Source: Calcarisporiella thermophila CBS 279.70
Lineage: Eukaryota; Fungi; Calcarisporiellomycota
Direction of reading: 5' to 3'
Length of the DNA stretch: 64,000 bases
Assembly: GCF_041956535.1 (NCBI RefSeq)
Contig: NW_027192193.1
Location: forward strand, 512,235 to 576,234
Shown here: piece by piece, positions 63,039 to 64,000 of the stretch
Layout of the letters: each line of letters starts with the position of its first letter
How positions within the stretch are numbered: the stretch's first letter is position 1
Notes under the pieces: generated by a model
What the model was told of the DNA's origin: nothing
The model's database searches: none
Seen by the model: the letters and a program-made list of their open reading frames with translations, nothing else
Position numbers and translations under genes: made by a program

Positions 63039-64000
63039 ATGACCCACCTCTCGCCACATCGATCCCCATCATCCGCATCATTAACCGATTGGGCCCCTCG
63101 ACATCCTCGGCGCCGCACATTTTTCACGATCCTCGGTGCATTCATAGTTATCACGGTGTTTTGGCTCCTCTATTCCGTTCAAGACGGGCGGGGACTGATG
63201 CACCTGTGCCAAGAATGTCAGATGCTGAGTGAAGAACAGACGCTGGCGTCGGCCACGCCGGATTACCTCCTGGAGCTCGAGCAGCTGAACGAGAGGCCCG
63301 TACCCCGCAAGAAAGGGGAGAAATACCTAGCCTATCTGTGTAAGTGCACCAGAGATTTGAACTCTGCCGCGGCCTTTGCTCTGCTGATGCTGACGCTCTT
63401 TCCGAATCCATTAGCCTGCTCGGGATTCCACAATCAGCGGGTTGAGCTGGCCAACGCCATGATGCTGGCCCATCTCCTCAATCGCACGCTCTTGGTTCCG
63501 CCCATCACCCTGGGCAAGGTGGTTGGATGGCGGCCGTACGACAAGCTCCTCAGGACCATTTTGCGGCGTGATCGCCTCAAACTCCGCACCTGCACGCCCT
63601 CCTCGCCCAAGCGGCATACGGACGAGTGCGGGCTCGCCAATCGGTACACCTACTTGCACTGGGACTACCTAATGTCGTTCAGAGATCTGAGGGGGATGCT
63701 GAAGATGAAGAAGCGCCACGACCACACCCCCGAGTGGCTGGAGAGGGAGCTGGGGGTTCGGGGTGAGGACGTGTTCTACATCAAGGACAACTCCATGTAT
63801 GAGTACCGCATCCTGGAATCAAACCAAACCCTTGAAAAGTATAGCTACGGCGTGTCCGTCGACGCGCTGCGAAAGGTCCCCCACAGGCTGCTCCACTTCG
63901 GCAGCATGTTTGGCGGGCAGCGGCTTGCGCTGAGCAAGGAGAACGAGGCGCTGTACCAGCGCATCCTCGAGAGCTTCATGGTGACCCACCCCGCCATCGA
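63039..64000 (+). CDS. Type II membrane O-fucosyltransferase-family (CigA-like) glycosyltransferase, 3'-truncated
   Basis: N-terminal TM (FFTILGAFIVITVFWLLY), spliced EKYLAYLSCSGFHNQRVELANAMMLAHLLNRTLLVPP, LLHFGSMFG. Confidence 0.85.
   Translation, partial: MTHLSPHRSPSSASLTDWAPRHPRRRTFFTILGAFIVITVFWLLYSVQDGRGLMHLCQECQMLSEEQTLASATPDYLLELEQLNERPVPRKKGEKYLAYLCKCTRDLNSAAAFALLMLTLFPNPLACSGFHNQRVELANAMMLAHLLNRTLLVPPITLGKVVGWRPYDKLLRTILRRDRLKLRTCTPSSPKRHTDECGLANRYTYLHWDYLMSFRDLRGMLKMKKRHDHTPEWLERELGVRGEDVFYIKDNSMYEYRILESNQTLEKYSYGVSVDALRKVPHRLLHFGSMFGGQRLALSKENEALYQRILESFMVTHPAI

Noticed and set aside
62316-63232. ORFs 62316-62507, 62406-62792 and 62594-63232
   Set aside because: Low-complexity 3' UTR or promoter sequence with non-ATG starts; the real gene begins at 63039 in another frame.
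1-64000. Selenoprotein, TGA-CTA readthrough, riboswitch, snRNA, CRISPR or transposase signatures
   Set aside because: Searched by eye and none found; the stops checked were explained by introns. An Rfam scan would be needed to exclude ncRNAs.

Overview
This is a gene-dense eukaryotic (fungal) genomic window with short GT-AG introns, mostly about 55-100 nt. The gene content (Zn2Cys6 factor, PRL/PTP4A phosphatase, VIR_N-containing virilizer, neurochondrin, CigA-type O-fucosyltransferase) suggests a non-Dikarya, early-diverging fungus; this is an inference. About 28 protein-coding genes were reconstructed by reading splice sites by hand, so coordinates span introns. Most are housekeeping genes: bioF, PKR1, DOHH, RAP1, PEX6, HAUS6, a rhomboid, an ABCC transporter, a sugar porter, SNX4, neurochondrin, a VAP-like protein, a PQ-loop protein, MPS1 and PRL. 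The main points of interest are: (1) a divergent pair of intronless orphan secreted precursors, one predicted to release a 41-aa Arg/Phe-rich peptide after a Kex2 site; (2) an intronless prokaryote-type CPA2 antiporter (HGT candidate); (3) a secreted metallophosphoesterase with a bacterial-type C-terminal domain; (4) an animal-like virilizer (m6A writer scaffold); (5) a BRCT-less Rap1; (6) an 82-bp near-perfect palindrome (MITE-like). No rRNA, intact tRNA, CRISPR array or autonomous transposon was seen. Family assignments come from recalled motifs, not database searches.
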